32,000 nucleotides of DNA from Alkanindiges illinoisensis DSM 15370 (GTDB lineage: Bacteria > Pseudomonadota > Gammaproteobacteria > Pseudomonadales > Moraxellaceae). Both the position numbers and the translations under genes were made by a program. Where the stretch lies: the NCBI RefSeq assembly GCF_000619845.1, contig NZ_KK211037.1, positions 365,941 through 397,940 of the forward strand, read 5' to 3'. The notes under the pieces are model-generated. The model had not been told where the DNA came from. It saw nothing but the letters and a program-made list of their open reading frames with translations, and did not search any database. Positions 1 through 9,598 of this stretch are shown in pieces (position 1 is the first letter of the stretch; the number at the start of each line of letters is the position of its first letter).

Positions 1-858
1 GGCAGCATAGCTAAAATTCACGCCGCCAAAAGCCACTTGAGTACTGAGTACAACAAAAACTTTGGCAAGCTGTGCCTGTTGTAATACTGCTTCAATGGCT
101 GCATGTTGTGGCAGATTACCTGCACCAAACGCCAGAATAATCAAAGCCTGTGGTTTGCTACTTAGCAGATGTTGGAGCTGCTGCGCCAGTATTGCAGGGC
201 TTAAAGGAAGCGCGTAATACACGGCAATATTCAGGCTGGACAGGGCTTCAAGCGCTAGTAGAGGCTGCTCAGGCGCTGGACGTGATGCCACTGATATACC
301 AGCAAAGGCAGGGGTCCTGCTGGTATGAATTTTTTGCACGGTGTGGGCAGGCCAGATGTGTCCATCAAAAGCCACCCAACAGTTGCTATGCGCTAACGAA
401 GAACTATGACAAAGCTGCTGATAGGCTGTGGCTAAATTGCTTAAGGCATCACTGTGTGGATTGATCGCATTACCACTGGATTCCAATAGAGGATACTGGC
501 TACCCGTAAGGACTAGCTGGACAGGCTCTGCCACCATAGCATGAATAAATTCCGCTAAAAAGGCAGCGGTATATGCCAGCGTATCGGTGCCATGCACAAT
601 CAGGATCTGGTGAATGCCCTGCTGTACCATTTGCTGAATTTTTTGCAGCAAATCCTGCCAGTCTTGTGGCTGAAGCTGGCTGCTATCGCGGATCTGCTGG
701 CTAGCCACAAAATATTGCAGTGCGGGGTAATCATCCTGCAAGAGCTGTTGCAGCCTGGGTAAAAAAATCTCAGCAGGTAGCGGCACTAAGGGCTGGCCTG
801 TACAGCCAAAGGTGCCACCCATGTAGAGCAGTGCGATTGTGGAAAGCGCTGTGTTCAT
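1..858 (-). CDS. L-asparaginase family protein (type I/AnsA-like); 3' end lies outside the window
   Basis: I translated the minus strand by hand from the ATG at 858-856, and it stays open through position 1 (286 codons). It is absent from the ORF track because it runs off the edge. The product reads MNTALSTIALLYMGGTFGCTG...QILIVHGTDTLAYTAAF...VFVVLSTQVAFGGVNFSYAA. The GGT(F/I)G and HGTDT threonine motifs are the two asparaginase/glutaminase signatures. Confidence 0.7.
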   Translation of the reverse strand, partial: MNTALSTIALLYMGGTFGCTGQPLVPLPAEIFLPRLQQLLQDDYPALQYFVASQQIRDSSQLQPQDWQDLLQKIQQMVQQGIHQILIVHGTDTLAYTAAFLAEFIHAMVAEPVQLVLTGSQYPLLESSGNAINPHSDALSNLATAYQQLCHSSSLAHSNCWVAFDGHIWPAHTVQKIHTSRTPAFAGISVASRPAPEQPLLALEALSSLNIAVYYALPLSPAILAQQLQHLLSSKPQALIILAFGAGNLPQHAAIEAVLQQAQLAKVFVVLSTQVAFGGVNFSYAA

Positions 859-972
859 GAATTTCCTTAGCCTGCAAATCATTGTTTCCAGCCACAGGAT
901 TTAACGGCTAATGCTGGATCAGCAAAAAACAGGCATCACTGTAATCAAAAAAGATTCATCCAGCTTTATAAC

Positions 973-1009
973 AAAAAAGGCAACTTTAGTTAACTTAACC
1001 AAAGTTGCC
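973..1009 (-). terminator. Rho-independent terminator downstream of fimV
   Basis: A 9-bp stem, GGCAACTTT (979-987) with AAAGTTGCC (1001-1009), is followed on the minus strand by a T6 run (the complement of AAAAAA at 973-978). It lies 26 nt past the fimV stop. Confidence 0.7.
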
Positions 1010-1034
1010 CTTGAAGTGTAGGAGAGCTATTAAA

Positions 1035-3743
1035 TTATGACGCCAGCTTTTGCATTAAATGCTGTGCTTGAGCCTGTTGCTGGGGGTTACCCTGATTGAT
1101 TACTTCACCCAGCAGTTCACGGGCGCTGGCACGTTCACCCAGATTAATATAGCTTTCAGCCAGCTCAAGGTTGGTTTGCTGGACGTCCAGGTTAACCAGA
1201 AATGGAAATTCCTTGGCCAGAAAATCTTCCGGACTGGCAGAAGTATCGGCAGGCGTGACTGATACAGTAGCAGTGGACGTTGGCGTGGTTGAGGTGCCAA
1301 TGTTGAAGTCCTGATCGTCAAAACCATCAGCCCAATTGGTATCCGTAACTTCCAGGTTTTCCAGATTCACCTGCGGCACTATTGGTGCTTTTGCCGCTTC
1401 TTTTGGCTGATCCAGTTCAAGGTTAAAGCGGGTTGGCGCTGGTTCGGGAACCTTTACTTCTTCCAGAACAAAAGAATCATTCAGGTCGAATTCCAGATCA
1501 ATCGGCGCGTCTTCTGGTACTGCTTTCGCCGTAACAGGCTCAAAATCAACAGGCTTGGCCTGTGGTTGTACCTGAGGTTTACTGTCAAACTCATCCAGAT
1601 TCAGGTCAAAAGTGGCTGTTTCGGTCTTGTCAGCAGGTTCCTGTGTAAAACCAAACTCAGCTTCCAGTTCAGCCAGTGACTGGTCGGCAGCAGAAGAAGG
1701 GACTTCCACTTCCTGTGGCATGGCAGGAGCAGATTTTGCATCAAATTCAATAACATTATTTTCAGCAGTGGCAGGTTTGCTACTTTCGAAATTAAAGCTT
1801 AAATCATCAACTGGCGTAAACTCTTCAGCAGGTTTTGGCTGCAACAGCATGCGCATTTTTTCAGCGTGCTGAGTAGTTTCTGGCTGATTAAACGCTGTAA
1901 CAATACTAAACTGCTGTTCAAAACCATCAATTTCATTTTGCAGGGCATACACTTCAAGCAGTTTTACCTGAAGATCAACGCGCTCTGGATTCTTGCCAAT
2001 GGCATCCTTAAGCAGGCCAACCGCCTGAGTATAGCGATCACGCTCAATATAGCTTTGTACTTCCTGCAGCACATCGGTTTTTACCGCCTGAGCTACAGGC
2101 CGGGCAACGGGTACAGGTGCTTCAGTAGCAACCGGCGCCGCTGGGCGGGCAACAGGCTGTTCTTTTGCAGCAACTGGGGCTGGGCGCTTGGCGACTGGGC
2201 GCTTGGCTTTGCCACGGGCAGCAGGCTTTTTGGCAGATTTGCCCATCAAGACCTTGGCTGCAATCGCACCAATGACCACCACTGCTACAGCAATGATGAT
2301 CCAGATCGGGAAACCTCCGCCACTGTCACCTTCTGCGGCGCGTGCCATATTGGGCGCAAACCCAAACAGGCCCATACTGGCAAAAGCAACGATAGGGAGA
2401 ATGGCATTGGCTGCCTTTTTGGGAGGCAGGGCTTGCAGGGGCTGCTTTTGCGCAGGCAGTTTTTTAGCCTGATTGCGCGTTTTCAGCTGATGTTCCAGTT
2501 CGGCGAGTTTAGCGTTTAGCATGGCGATCTTCTTATCGTTTAGCGCGAGTTGAGCGTCCAGCTCACTCACTTCATGTTGCATTAAAACTGTTTTACGACG
2601 TTCTTGACCAATTTTCAAGACTATTTCGCGCGGCAGCGGTTGAAAACCTACATTTTGACCAGTCGTGCTGTTTCCTTGAGCACTTCCTTGCACATTTGGT
2701 GCCACAAGGGTTAGCTCGGCTTTGGGCAGGCGGCCACTACGATTAACTGGCGCACTGCTGGAAGCTGCTGGCGTTTTAGGCACAGGCTTGAATGGCGGTG
2801 TTGTTTGTGGCGTAGCAACCAGTGCCGTGTTTTGTTCACGCTCTGGCAGGATCAGGGTTGCACCACGCTTAAGCTGGTTCGGGTTGCCGGCAATAAAGGC
2901 ATCCTGATTCAGGTTGCGGATCTGCTGCATGATCTGGCCCACAGGCTGCTTGAGCTGTGGTTCCAGTTGCTTGGCAATTTTCCACAATGATTCATTTTTT
3001 TTGACCACATGGCGCGGTTGATTTTTTCTGGGCGCAGTAGACACTTCAACTTCTTTAGGCACAGCCACGGACTTACTGGTAGCTGGCTGACTGGCTGACG
3101 GCTGGGCTTTCATGTCTGGTGGCTGGGCATTTGCCACATTTAACCTGCGCTCGGTACTGGGCAGCGGGCGTTCATTACGACTGGCTGGCACGTCAATGGT
3201 GGGCATGCTGGAAGTAGCTAGGGATACCGGGGGCGTGCTGCTGGCCTGAGCTTGTATCTGTACTTGATTCTGGGCTTGTGTGTTCAGGTTAATAACTTTC
3301 TTGTTTTTATCAGCCGGGTCAATCATGGCACTCACCCGTTGCAGACGCGTATTCTGGCCATTTTTAACCCGCAGTACAAAGTCAACAAATGGTTCATTTA
3401 CCGGCTGGCGGCCACGAATTACAATGACACCACGGTCACTGGAAATGGCTTGAACATTAAAGCTTAATGTCCCGTTATAGGAACCTGATTTCACTCCAAG
3501 GTCAGCCAGTTCCTGAGAAGTGGCCATGCCTACGGAAAGATCCTGTAGTCTCACTGCGCCAAGATCTGATAATGCAACTTCGGCATAGAACGGCTCACCC
3601 AGCGCAGACTTGACCTGAACCGGCTGGATAATCAGGGCATGCGCGAGGGACGGCGAAAGCACGGAAGCAGGCACCAGTGAGAAAGAAAACAGGGGTAATA
3701 ATCCGGTGCTTAAGCTGGCAAAAAGACGCTTACGCAAGACCAT
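1035..3743 (-). CDS. fimV: FimV-family peptidoglycan-binding pilus/polar-organisation protein
   Basis: The 902-aa product has an N-terminal signal sequence and a LysM-like segment (HVVKKNESLWKIAKQL...LKRGATLILP). It also has a coiled-coil, one TM helix (FPIWIIIAVAVVVIGAIAAKVLM), a Pro/Ala/Lys-rich low-complexity stretch and an acidic region. The C-terminus carries the TPR-like FimV motif (LELAESYINLGERASARELLGEVI). The gene sits next to asd, as in many gammaproteobacteria. Confidence 0.85.
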   Translation of the reverse strand: MVLRKRLFASLSTGLLPLFSFSLVPASVLSPSLAHALIIQPVQVKSALGEPFYAEVALSDLGAVRLQDLSVGMATSQELADLGVKSGSYNGTLSFNVQAISSDRGVIVIRGRQPVNEPFVDFVLRVKNGQNTRLQRVSAMIDPADKNKKVINLNTQAQNQVQIQAQASSTPPVSLATSSMPTIDVPASRNERPLPSTERRLNVANAQPPDMKAQPSASQPATSKSVAVPKEVEVSTAPRKNQPRHVVKKNESLWKIAKQLEPQLKQPVGQIMQQIRNLNQDAFIAGNPNQLKRGATLILPEREQNTALVATPQTTPPFKPVPKTPAASSSAPVNRSGRLPKAELTLVAPNVQGSAQGNSTTGQNVGFQPLPREIVLKIGQERRKTVLMQHEVSELDAQLALNDKKIAMLNAKLAELEHQLKTRNQAKKLPAQKQPLQALPPKKAANAILPIVAFASMGLFGFAPNMARAAEGDSGGGFPIWIIIAVAVVVIGAIAAKVLMGKSAKKPAARGKAKRPVAKRPAPVAAKEQPVARPAAPVATEAPVPVARPVAQAVKTDVLQEVQSYIERDRYTQAVGLLKDAIGKNPERVDLQVKLLEVYALQNEIDGFEQQFSIVTAFNQPETTQHAEKMRMLLQPKPAEEFTPVDDLSFNFESSKPATAENNVIEFDAKSAPAMPQEVEVPSSAADQSLAELEAEFGFTQEPADKTETATFDLNLDEFDSKPQVQPQAKPVDFEPVTAKAVPEDAPIDLEFDLNDSFVLEEVKVPEPAPTRFNLELDQPKEAAKAPIVPQVNLENLEVTDTNWADGFDDQDFNIGTSTTPTSTATVSVTPADTSASPEDFLAKEFPFLVNLDVQQTNLELAESYINLGERASARELLGEVINQGNPQQQAQAQHLMQKLAS

Positions 3744-3836
3744 ACTAAAATTCCATTATGCTAGTGAATGATCTTTTTCCGTAGGAAAATGAAGACAATA
3801 AATAGGTTGGATAACAAGATGATTTGTAACATAAAT

Positions 3837-3868
3837 GGGCAAGCGACTCAATCAGAGATTGCTTGCCC
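3837..3868 (-). terminator. Hairpin downstream of asd (probable terminator or attenuator)
   Basis: An 8-bp stem, GGGCAAGC (3837-3844) with GCTTGCCC (3861-3868), lies 25 nt past the asd stop. The trailing minus-strand sequence ATTTATGTT is only moderately T-rich. Confidence 0.5.
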
Positions 3869-3892
3869 ATATATTATGCAGGCCGTATTAGA

Positions 3893-5017
3893 TCAGGCAG
3901 ACTGATGCTCAATCAGCAGGCGTAACATCCGGCGCAGTGGCTCGGCAGCGCCCCATAACAACTGGTCACCCACGGTAAATGCACCCAGATACTGGTTACC
4001 CATGTTCAGCTTACGCATACGGCCAACCGGAACACTAAGTGTGCCAGTAACGGCAACCGGAGTCAGATCAGTCATGCTGGCTTCACGAGTATTGGGCACG
4101 ACTTTAACCCAGTCGTTGGATTCACGGATCATGGCTTCAATTTCATCCATGGGCACATCCTGTTTCAGCTTGATGGTAAGGGCTTGGGAGTGACAACGCA
4201 TGGCGCCAATCCGTACACACAGGCCATCAATTGGGATAATATCTTGGCCTTGCAGACCCAGAATCTTGTTGGATTCGGCCTGGCCTTTCCATTCTTCCTT
4301 GGACTGGCCATTGTCCAGCTGCTTGTCAATATAAGGAATCAGGGAGCCTGCCAGCGGTACACCAAAGTTGGCTTTGGGGAAACCATCGCCACGTTGCAGT
4401 TCGGCCACCTGACGGTCAATATCCAGAATGGCACTGGCCGGATTGTCCAGCAAATCCTTAACGCCATCACGCAGGTAGCCCATGCCGCCAATCAGCTCAC
4501 GCATGTTTTGAGCACCGGCACCGGACGCAGCCTGATAGGTCATGGCAGTCATCCACTCCACCAGATTGTTCTGGTACAGCGCACCCACAGCCATCAGCAT
4601 GAGGGATACAGTACAGTTGCCGCCTACATAATTCTTGATGCCTTTGCTTAAGCCATCTTTAATGACATTGAGGTTTACCGGATCCAGCACAATAATGGCG
4701 TCATCCTGCATGCGCAGGGTACTGGCAGCGTCGATCCAGTAGCCTTTCCAGCCGTCATTGCGCAGCTTGGGAAAAACGTCACTGGTGTAATCGCCGCCCT
4801 GACAGGTCACAATTACATCCATTTGCTTCAGGGCGTTAATATCAGTGGCGTTCAGCAGGGCAGGCGCGGTTTTATTGCCATATGTTGGCGCATCGCCGCC
4901 TGCATTACTGGTTGAAAAATAGTATGGCTCAAAATGCGCAAAGTCATTTTCCTCAACCATACGTTGCATCAGCACAGAACCTACCATGCCGCGCCAACCA
5001 ACCAAACCCACTTTCAT
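3893..5017 (-). CDS. asd: Aspartate-semialdehyde dehydrogenase
   Basis: The product is near-colinear with the E. coli Asd sequence as I remember it: [23 protein letters not shown]..., [52 protein letters not shown] moved the start from the track's 5068 to the internal ATG at 5017, because the family N-terminus begins MKVG. Confidence 0.95.
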   Translation of the reverse strand: MKVGLVGWRGMVGSVLMQRMVEENDFAHFEPYYFSTSNAGGDAPTYGNKTAPALLNATDINALKQMDVIVTCQGGDYTSDVFPKLRNDGWKGYWIDAASTLRMQDDAIIVLDPVNLNVIKDGLSKGIKNYVGGNCTVSLMLMAVGALYQNNLVEWMTAMTYQAASGAGAQNMRELIGGMGYLRDGVKDLLDNPASAILDIDRQVAELQRGDGFPKANFGVPLAGSLIPYIDKQLDNGQSKEEWKGQAESNKILGLQGQDIIPIDGLCVRIGAMRCHSQALTIKLKQDVPMDEIEAMIRESNDWVKVVPNTREASMTDLTPVAVTGTLSVPVGRMRKLNMGNQYLGAFTVGDQLLWGAAEPLRRMLRLLIEHQSA

Positions 5018-5200
5018 ATCATTACGCCTCAAGTCGCATGTCGTGTACAAAGTAGCCGAGTTTAACAAAACTACGACCTGCCTGCACGTTTAGCATGCAA
5101 TAAACCATAAAAAGTTCAAATTTTTAGGGCTACTAAATACCCTGCAAAAAATCCTAGAATTAAGGCATGATTAAGAATGAAAGATATTGACTGTTAAAAC

Positions 5201-6307
5201 ATGCCGGAATTCATTTTAAATAGCCTGGAAGTGCTGGCTTTAATCGTGGTGTTTGCAACAGTATGGTCGCTGATTCCCCGTGACGAATGGTGGATTCGCG
5301 ATCTTGATTTTCCACGCTTGCAAATCCTGTCACTGGGCCTGACCGATTTTTTAGTATTGCTGGTACTGCCTTCGCCATGGGATGCATGGCGCGCCGGAAT
5401 CCTGTTATTACTGGCCGCTGCACTGGCCTACCAGATCAAGATGGTGATTCCTTATACCAGGGTTTGGCCCAAGCAGGTTAAACAGGTCACTATCCCGCAC
5501 CCGGATCAGCAGATTTGCATGCTGGTATCCAATGTGTTAACACCCAACCGCAAGCATTATTTGCTGATTGAACAAATCCGTAAGCATCAGCCGGATCTGG
5601 TGCTAACGCTGGAAACTGATAAGGTCTGGGAACAGGCGCTAACCAGCATTGAGCCAGATTATCCGCATGTGGTGCGTATTCCGCTGGATAACCTGTATGG
5701 CATGCATCTGTATAGCCGTTTGCCGCTTGAAAAAACAGAGGTCAAGTTTTTACTGAGCAAGGAAATTCCGTCTATTCATACCACAGTGACCTTGCGCTCT
5801 GGCAAAAAGGTTAAGCTGTATTGCCTGCATCCCAAGCCGCCTAGCCCAACCGAAGCCTATGAATCGACCCTGCGTGATGCCGAGTTGCTGACGGTAGGCC
5901 GCCACATTGCGTCAGTAGACCAGACCTGTATTGTGATGGGTGATTTGAATGATGTGGCCTGGTCACGCACCACACGGTTATTCCAGCGCATTAGTGGATT
6001 GCTTGATCCCCGGGTTGGCCGCCAGTTTGTCAATACATTTCATGCCAGTTATCCCTTGCTTCGCTGGTCACTGGATCACGTGTTTCACAGTACCGATTTT
6101 GCTCTGATTACCATGCAACGGCTGCCCAACATCGGCTCGGATCACTTTCCGGTCTTAACACGTTTACAATACATGCCATCGGCTCAGGCTGAACAGCAAC
6201 CCTTGGAAGTTGAGGCCAGTGACCACGAGGAAGCCAGTGAAAAAATCAAGGAAGGGATAGATAAAGCCGAAAAGGTAGTGACAGATAAAATCGTTATTGG
6301 GCAATAA
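5201..6307 (+). CDS. Endonuclease/exonuclease/phosphatase (EEP) family protein with an N-terminal membrane domain
   Basis: The 368-aa product has 3 predicted N-terminal TM helices followed by EEP-fold motifs (LTLETD, MGDLNDVAWS, SLDHVF, GSDHFPV). Confidence 0.8.
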   Translation: MPEFILNSLEVLALIVVFATVWSLIPRDEWWIRDLDFPRLQILSLGLTDFLVLLVLPSPWDAWRAGILLLLAAALAYQIKMVIPYTRVWPKQVKQVTIPHPDQQICMLVSNVLTPNRKHYLLIEQIRKHQPDLVLTLETDKVWEQALTSIEPDYPHVVRIPLDNLYGMHLYSRLPLEKTEVKFLLSKEIPSIHTTVTLRSGKKVKLYCLHPKPPSPTEAYESTLRDAELLTVGRHIASVDQTCIVMGDLNDVAWSRTTRLFQRISGLLDPRVGRQFVNTFHASYPLLRWSLDHVFHSTDFALITMQRLPNIGSDHFPVLTRLQYMPSAQAEQQPLEVEASDHEEASEKIKEGIDKAEKVVTDKIVIGQ

Positions 6308-6327
6308 TGTGTCAATAAGTGACATTC

Positions 6328-6345
6328 TGTAAGCAATTACTTACA
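6328..6345. promoter_or_regulatory. GacA/UvrY-type upstream activating sequence (GacA box)
   Basis: TGTAAGCAATTACTTACA is a perfect match to the palindromic consensus TGTAAG-N6-CTTACA found upstream of rsmX/Y/Z and csrB-type sRNA genes. It lies about 70 bp upstream of the GGA-rich region. Confidence 0.75.
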
Positions 6346-6404
6346 TTAAGTGCCGAGTTTAGCGTCTATGTTGCCAAGTGGAAAATTTATAAGATAGCTT
6401 CATC

Positions 6405-6592
6405 AGCGCAGGACATGGCACGGAACAGGCCAGCTAAGGATAGACACTCTGAAAAGGGTAATGCTGAACGGAAAAGACAGTATCACGGATCGGATACGGG
6501 ACAGGGAAAGCAGGTTACAATAACACACGAGAGCACAGCCGCAAGCATCAACCCGAGCAGGCAGGACGCCACGCTCGGGTTTGTGTTATTTG
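6405..6592 (+). ncRNA. Csr/Rsm-family protein-sponge sRNA (RsmX/Y/Z- or CsrB-like); the 5' end is approximate
   Basis: Nine GGA motifs fall within 156 nt (6411, 6422, 6438, 6470, 6487, 6492, 6499, 6505, 6564). Most sit in an A(N)GGA context (CAGGAC, ACGGAA, AAGGAT, ACGGAT, AGGGAA), and one lies in the terminator loop. A GacA box is upstream and an intrinsic terminator closes the unit. The TSS was not determined. Confidence 0.7.
6551..6592 (+). terminator. Intrinsic terminator of the Rsm-like sRNA
   Basis: An 8-bp stem, ACCCGAGC (6551-6558) with GCTCGGGT (6573-6580), carries a GGA-containing loop and is followed by TTGTGTTATTT. Confidence 0.7.
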
Positions 6593-6684
6593 AAAATAAT
6601 AAAATTTTTTATAATCAAAATCATGCAATACAATCTAAAAAATCCAATTTTTAGAATGCGCTAATGTGTCGTAAAGAAAACTGC

Positions 6685-7800
6685 TCACAGGGTTTTAATT
6701 ACATCCTCATATAAAGCAAGGGTTTGATCGGTCATTTGGGATAACTGAAAATCCTGTACTGGCGCAGGCGGCATTGGCGTAGCCAGCAACTGGTGAATTT
6801 TTTTAAACAATGCTTCGGCATTTTCGGGTTCTACCAGTCCAGTGGGATAACAGCGATTGAGGATTTCTGCCACCCCGCCACGGTTCCACCCCACTACCGC
6901 CGTGCCCAGTGCCAGTGCTTCCAGCGTAGTACGACCAAACGTTTCCGGCTGGATGGAAAGCGACAGTACCAGATCACTGGCCGCCAGCCATTCGCGAATA
7001 TCACTGCGGTGGCCGACAAAGGTCACATGCTCCTGCAAGTCCATATCCACAACACGCTGATGTAGCTCATCCAGATAGCCCTGTTTTTTTTCATCGGCGC
7101 CGCCAACCACCACCCCATGCACATTAAATTCCTGTTTTAATTCGCTAATCAGGTTGAGCAGGTATTCATGGCCCTTGAGGCGGGTAATGCGGCCGGGCAG
7201 GGTAATCAGGGTTTTGTTTTCCAGATGTGGAAAAAGCTGGTACACCATTTGCCACCAGGCTGCTGAAGGCTGGTAGCCATGTGGAAATTCCTGCAGATTA
7301 ATGCCGCGATAAATCCGCACAATGCTGGATTTGGGGCAGTGCGGATAATGCCGATGAATGTAATCCACCACGCTATCAGATACCGCAATCACCCGTTCTG
7401 CTTTGGTCATAATGGCGCTATAACCATTGACTGAATACATGCCATGTACAGTGCTAATCAAGTGCGGACGGTGCTTTGCAGGAATACCGCGCAGGGCAAA
7501 GTGGGTAATCCATGCGGGCACACGCGAGCGAACATGCACAATGTCCGGCTTTTCCTGCAGGATCAATCGGCGTAGTGGTCTGATCTTAAATAAACTGCCT
7601 AATGATTTTTTATGAATGGCCAGTTGCAGGTGACGCGTCCCTTCCTGTTCCAGTTGCGGCACTAGTCGACCACCATTGGACACCACCACCGAGGTATGGC
7701 CTTTAGCCACTAGGGCACGGCCAATTTCCAGCGTACCACGCTCTACACCACCACTGTTCAGTTCGGGAAGAAGTTGCATGACTTTCATAGGGCGGCTCAT
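6685..7800 (-). CDS. Glycosyltransferase family 4 (GT-B; LPS/LOS core-type)
   Basis: The 371-aa product has the N-terminal motif MKVMQLLPELNSGGVERGTLEIGRAL and a C-terminal GT1/GT4 EX7E-type region (ETFGRTTLEALALGTAVVG). It sits directly downstream of lpxL. Confidence 0.85.
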   Translation of the reverse strand: MSRPMKVMQLLPELNSGGVERGTLEIGRALVAKGHTSVVVSNGGRLVPQLEQEGTRHLQLAIHKKSLGSLFKIRPLRRLILQEKPDIVHVRSRVPAWITHFALRGIPAKHRPHLISTVHGMYSVNGYSAIMTKAERVIAVSDSVVDYIHRHYPHCPKSSIVRIYRGINLQEFPHGYQPSAAWWQMVYQLFPHLENKTLITLPGRITRLKGHEYLLNLISELKQEFNVHGVVVGGADEKKQGYLDELHQRVVDMDLQEHVTFVGHRSDIREWLAASDLVLSLSIQPETFGRTTLEALALGTAVVGWNRGGVAEILNRCYPTGLVEPENAEALFKKIHQLLATPMPPAPVQDFQLSQMTDQTLALYEDVIKTL

Positions 7801-7945
7801 GGGCTATGTTTAGGGCTGGATTTAAAATTGAGTGTTTTGAAATAGTAGTTAGTTTTAGTCACGAGTCAAAATCAGTTTGGTAAATACAGTTTATGCAAGG
7901 TTGACCTGTGTAGCTGTATTTACACCAATGACTAAGTGCATCCGT

Positions 7946-8881
7946 TTAATAAATACGTGAGTAACCTTCGGGTCGGGTTTTAAAGCGACGGTGAAACCAC
8001 ATGTACTGGGTGGGAGCCAGGTTTAATTGCTGTTCCATAAGCTGGTTGCTGGTGGTGGCATCAGCCACTTCATCGCTGGTGGGATAGCTTTGCAGGGCTG
8101 GCGTAATGTTCAGGTGATAATGCGGTTTACGATCATCGTTGCGATAAAAATGTAACGACATCACTGCGGCATTGGTCATTTTGATCAGGCGACGCTGTGC
8201 AGTCACGGTTGCCGCAGGAACACCATAAAAAGGCGCCATTACGCCCTGCTTGAGGCCAAAATCCTGATCCGGTGAATACCATACAATCTTTTTGTCTTTA
8301 AGCCGACGCACCAGCAAACGAATATTGTCGTGATCAATTTGCTGCTCATAAATGGTATGGCGCGAGCGATAAATCAGCCAGTCCAGCATGGGGTTATTTT
8401 GCGGACGGTACATCACATCCGGTGTGAAATAATAGCTGCACAGCAAGCCACCGGCATCCAGCAGGGTAGAGTGCAGGCCTAGTAGTAAAATGCCACGTTG
8501 TTCAGCCTGCGCCTGTTGCAAGTGTTCAAGCCCGCTAATACTCACCTTGCCATTAAAGCGCTTGGGGTTATACCATGCGGTCAGGCTTTCAAAAATGCCG
8601 ATCCCCATGTTTTCAAATACATCTTGGCCCATGCGCTGGTATTCAGGCTCAGACAGGCCCGGATAACAAACCCGCAGGTTGGTAAGTGTGGTTTTGCGTC
8701 TGGATTTTAGGGCTTTCCAGAGCAACTGGCCAATGGCACGGCCAAGACTGCGTTGCACCAGCCACGGTGCATAGGCCCAGGGCAACAGCAGGAAAATGCC
8801 CAGCCAGATGCCCCAGTATTTTGGGGCAAGAAACGCAGGTAAGAATTGAGGTTGTGCAGAATGGGGATGTGATGAACTCAT
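7946..8881 (-). CDS. lpxL: Lipid A biosynthesis lauroyl/myristoyl acyltransferase (LpxL/HtrB family)
   Basis: The product is colinear with E. coli LpxL as I remember it: LAPKYWGIWLG, the TM helix, the catalytic H of GLHSTLLDAGG, YRPQNNPMLDW, WYSPDQDFG, APTQYMWFHRRFKTRP. I set the start at the ATG at 8881, which overlaps the upstream gene's stop as ATGA. The track's 8887 is a TTG. Confidence 0.9.
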   Translation of the reverse strand: MSSSHPHSAQPQFLPAFLAPKYWGIWLGIFLLLPWAYAPWLVQRSLGRAIGQLLWKALKSRRKTTLTNLRVCYPGLSEPEYQRMGQDVFENMGIGIFESLTAWYNPKRFNGKVSISGLEHLQQAQAEQRGILLLGLHSTLLDAGGLLCSYYFTPDVMYRPQNNPMLDWLIYRSRHTIYEQQIDHDNIRLLVRRLKDKKIVWYSPDQDFGLKQGVMAPFYGVPAATVTAQRRLIKMTNAAVMSLHFYRNDDRKPHYHLNITPALQSYPTSDEVADATTSNQLMEQQLNLAPTQYMWFHRRFKTRPEGYSRIY

Positions 8882-9594
8882 GAACAATGGGCAGTTTTCT
8901 TCCAGTCTGCCAATTGTGCCGGGGTCGCTGTGGCTAAATCAATGGATAATGCCAGCTCGGAACCAGACTTTTTAAGCTGGCGACCCGGAATTTGCATATT
9001 TTTGGCCAGTTGAGCCAGGGTTTGCTGCATGCTGGCTTCATCATATTTGGCCTGACTGTGCTGAAGCACATAAGCATAGTCACCGCGCTTATGGATGAGC
9101 AGGCCAATAAAACGCTCATTATTCTGGCTTAATACCAGATAACCCGAGGCGCCAAGCTGGGAGCGTACGGGTTTAACAGCACCCTGTGCTTGTGTCTGGA
9201 TTTGTGCATTATAGAGCTGGGTATATAGCTGGCCAATCTGGCTGCTCAAGCCGGAAATATCCTGTGTGCTGGCACCGGGCAGCTTGGGGTTGTTGTTCAG
9301 GTTAATCGCATCAATCCGGTAAAAGCGGCCAATCTGGTCAGTAATGCTTAAGCTATTGCCTTCGGGCGTGCAGCTATCCTGTAGGGCCAGCTTGCCTGCC
9401 AGTACGGCTGAATTGAGGTCCAGATTGTAGGTTTGTGCCGGGGCGTAATACACCTGATTGGTTTGGACTAGTGGCTTGTTGGGCTGAATTTTTGCCGCAT
9501 GACCATGCCCAAAATGACTACAGCCACTCATGGCCATAGACAGGCCAGCCATAACCCATAAGGTTTTGATTGGTGTTTTTTTCATACCCAGCAT
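8878..9594 (-). CDS. Hypothetical lipoprotein
   Basis: The signal peptide has a lipobox (MLGMKKTPIKTLWVMAGLSMAMSGC). I moved the start to the ATG at 9594, which sits 7 nt after GGAGAG and avoids overlapping the uup stop. I recognise no family. Confidence 0.6.
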   Translation of the reverse strand: MLGMKKTPIKTLWVMAGLSMAMSGCSHFGHGHAAKIQPNKPLVQTNQVYYAPAQTYNLDLNSAVLAGKLALQDSCTPEGNSLSITDQIGRFYRIDAINLNNNPKLPGASTQDISGLSSQIGQLYTQLYNAQIQTQAQGAVKPVRSQLGASGYLVLSQNNERFIGLLIHKRGDYAYVLQHSQAKYDEASMQQTLAQLAKNMQIPGRQLKKSGSELALSIDLATATPAQLADWKKTAHCS

Positions 9595-9598
9595 TGTC

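Noticed and set aside
150-464. A 104-aa plus-strand ORF
   Set aside because: It lies entirely antisense to the well-supported asparaginase-family frame (minus strand, open over 1-858), and I recognise no motifs in it.
1059-3467. Several plus-strand ORFs (for example 1866-2519 at 217 aa and 2188-2472 at 94 aa) and a nested minus-strand ORF inside fimV
   Set aside because: They are antisense to, or out of frame with, a 902-aa gene that has clear FimV domain architecture. Their low-complexity, Cys/Arg-rich products are typical of shadow ORFs.
4002-4651. Plus-strand ORFs of 63 and 155 aa inside asd
   Set aside because: They are shadow ORFs opposite a near-perfectly conserved Asd coding frame.
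5018-5068. N-terminal extensions in the ORF track for asd (to 5068), uup (to 11638), the carboxylase (from 21503), the AraC gene (from 16312) and the DUF1989 gene (from 20044)
   Set aside because: The family N-termini ([37 protein letters not shown]) begin at internal ATGs with better RBS context. The extensions overlap neighbouring genes or regulatory elements.
6319-6654. A 111-aa ORF from the six-frame track that fills the EEP/glycosyltransferase spacer
   Set aside because: It starts with GTG inside the GacA box and has no RBS. It runs straight through an intrinsic terminator, and its odd Gly/Arg/Asp/Lys-rich composition is what repeated GGA motifs would produce. The sRNA interpretation explains all of these features better.
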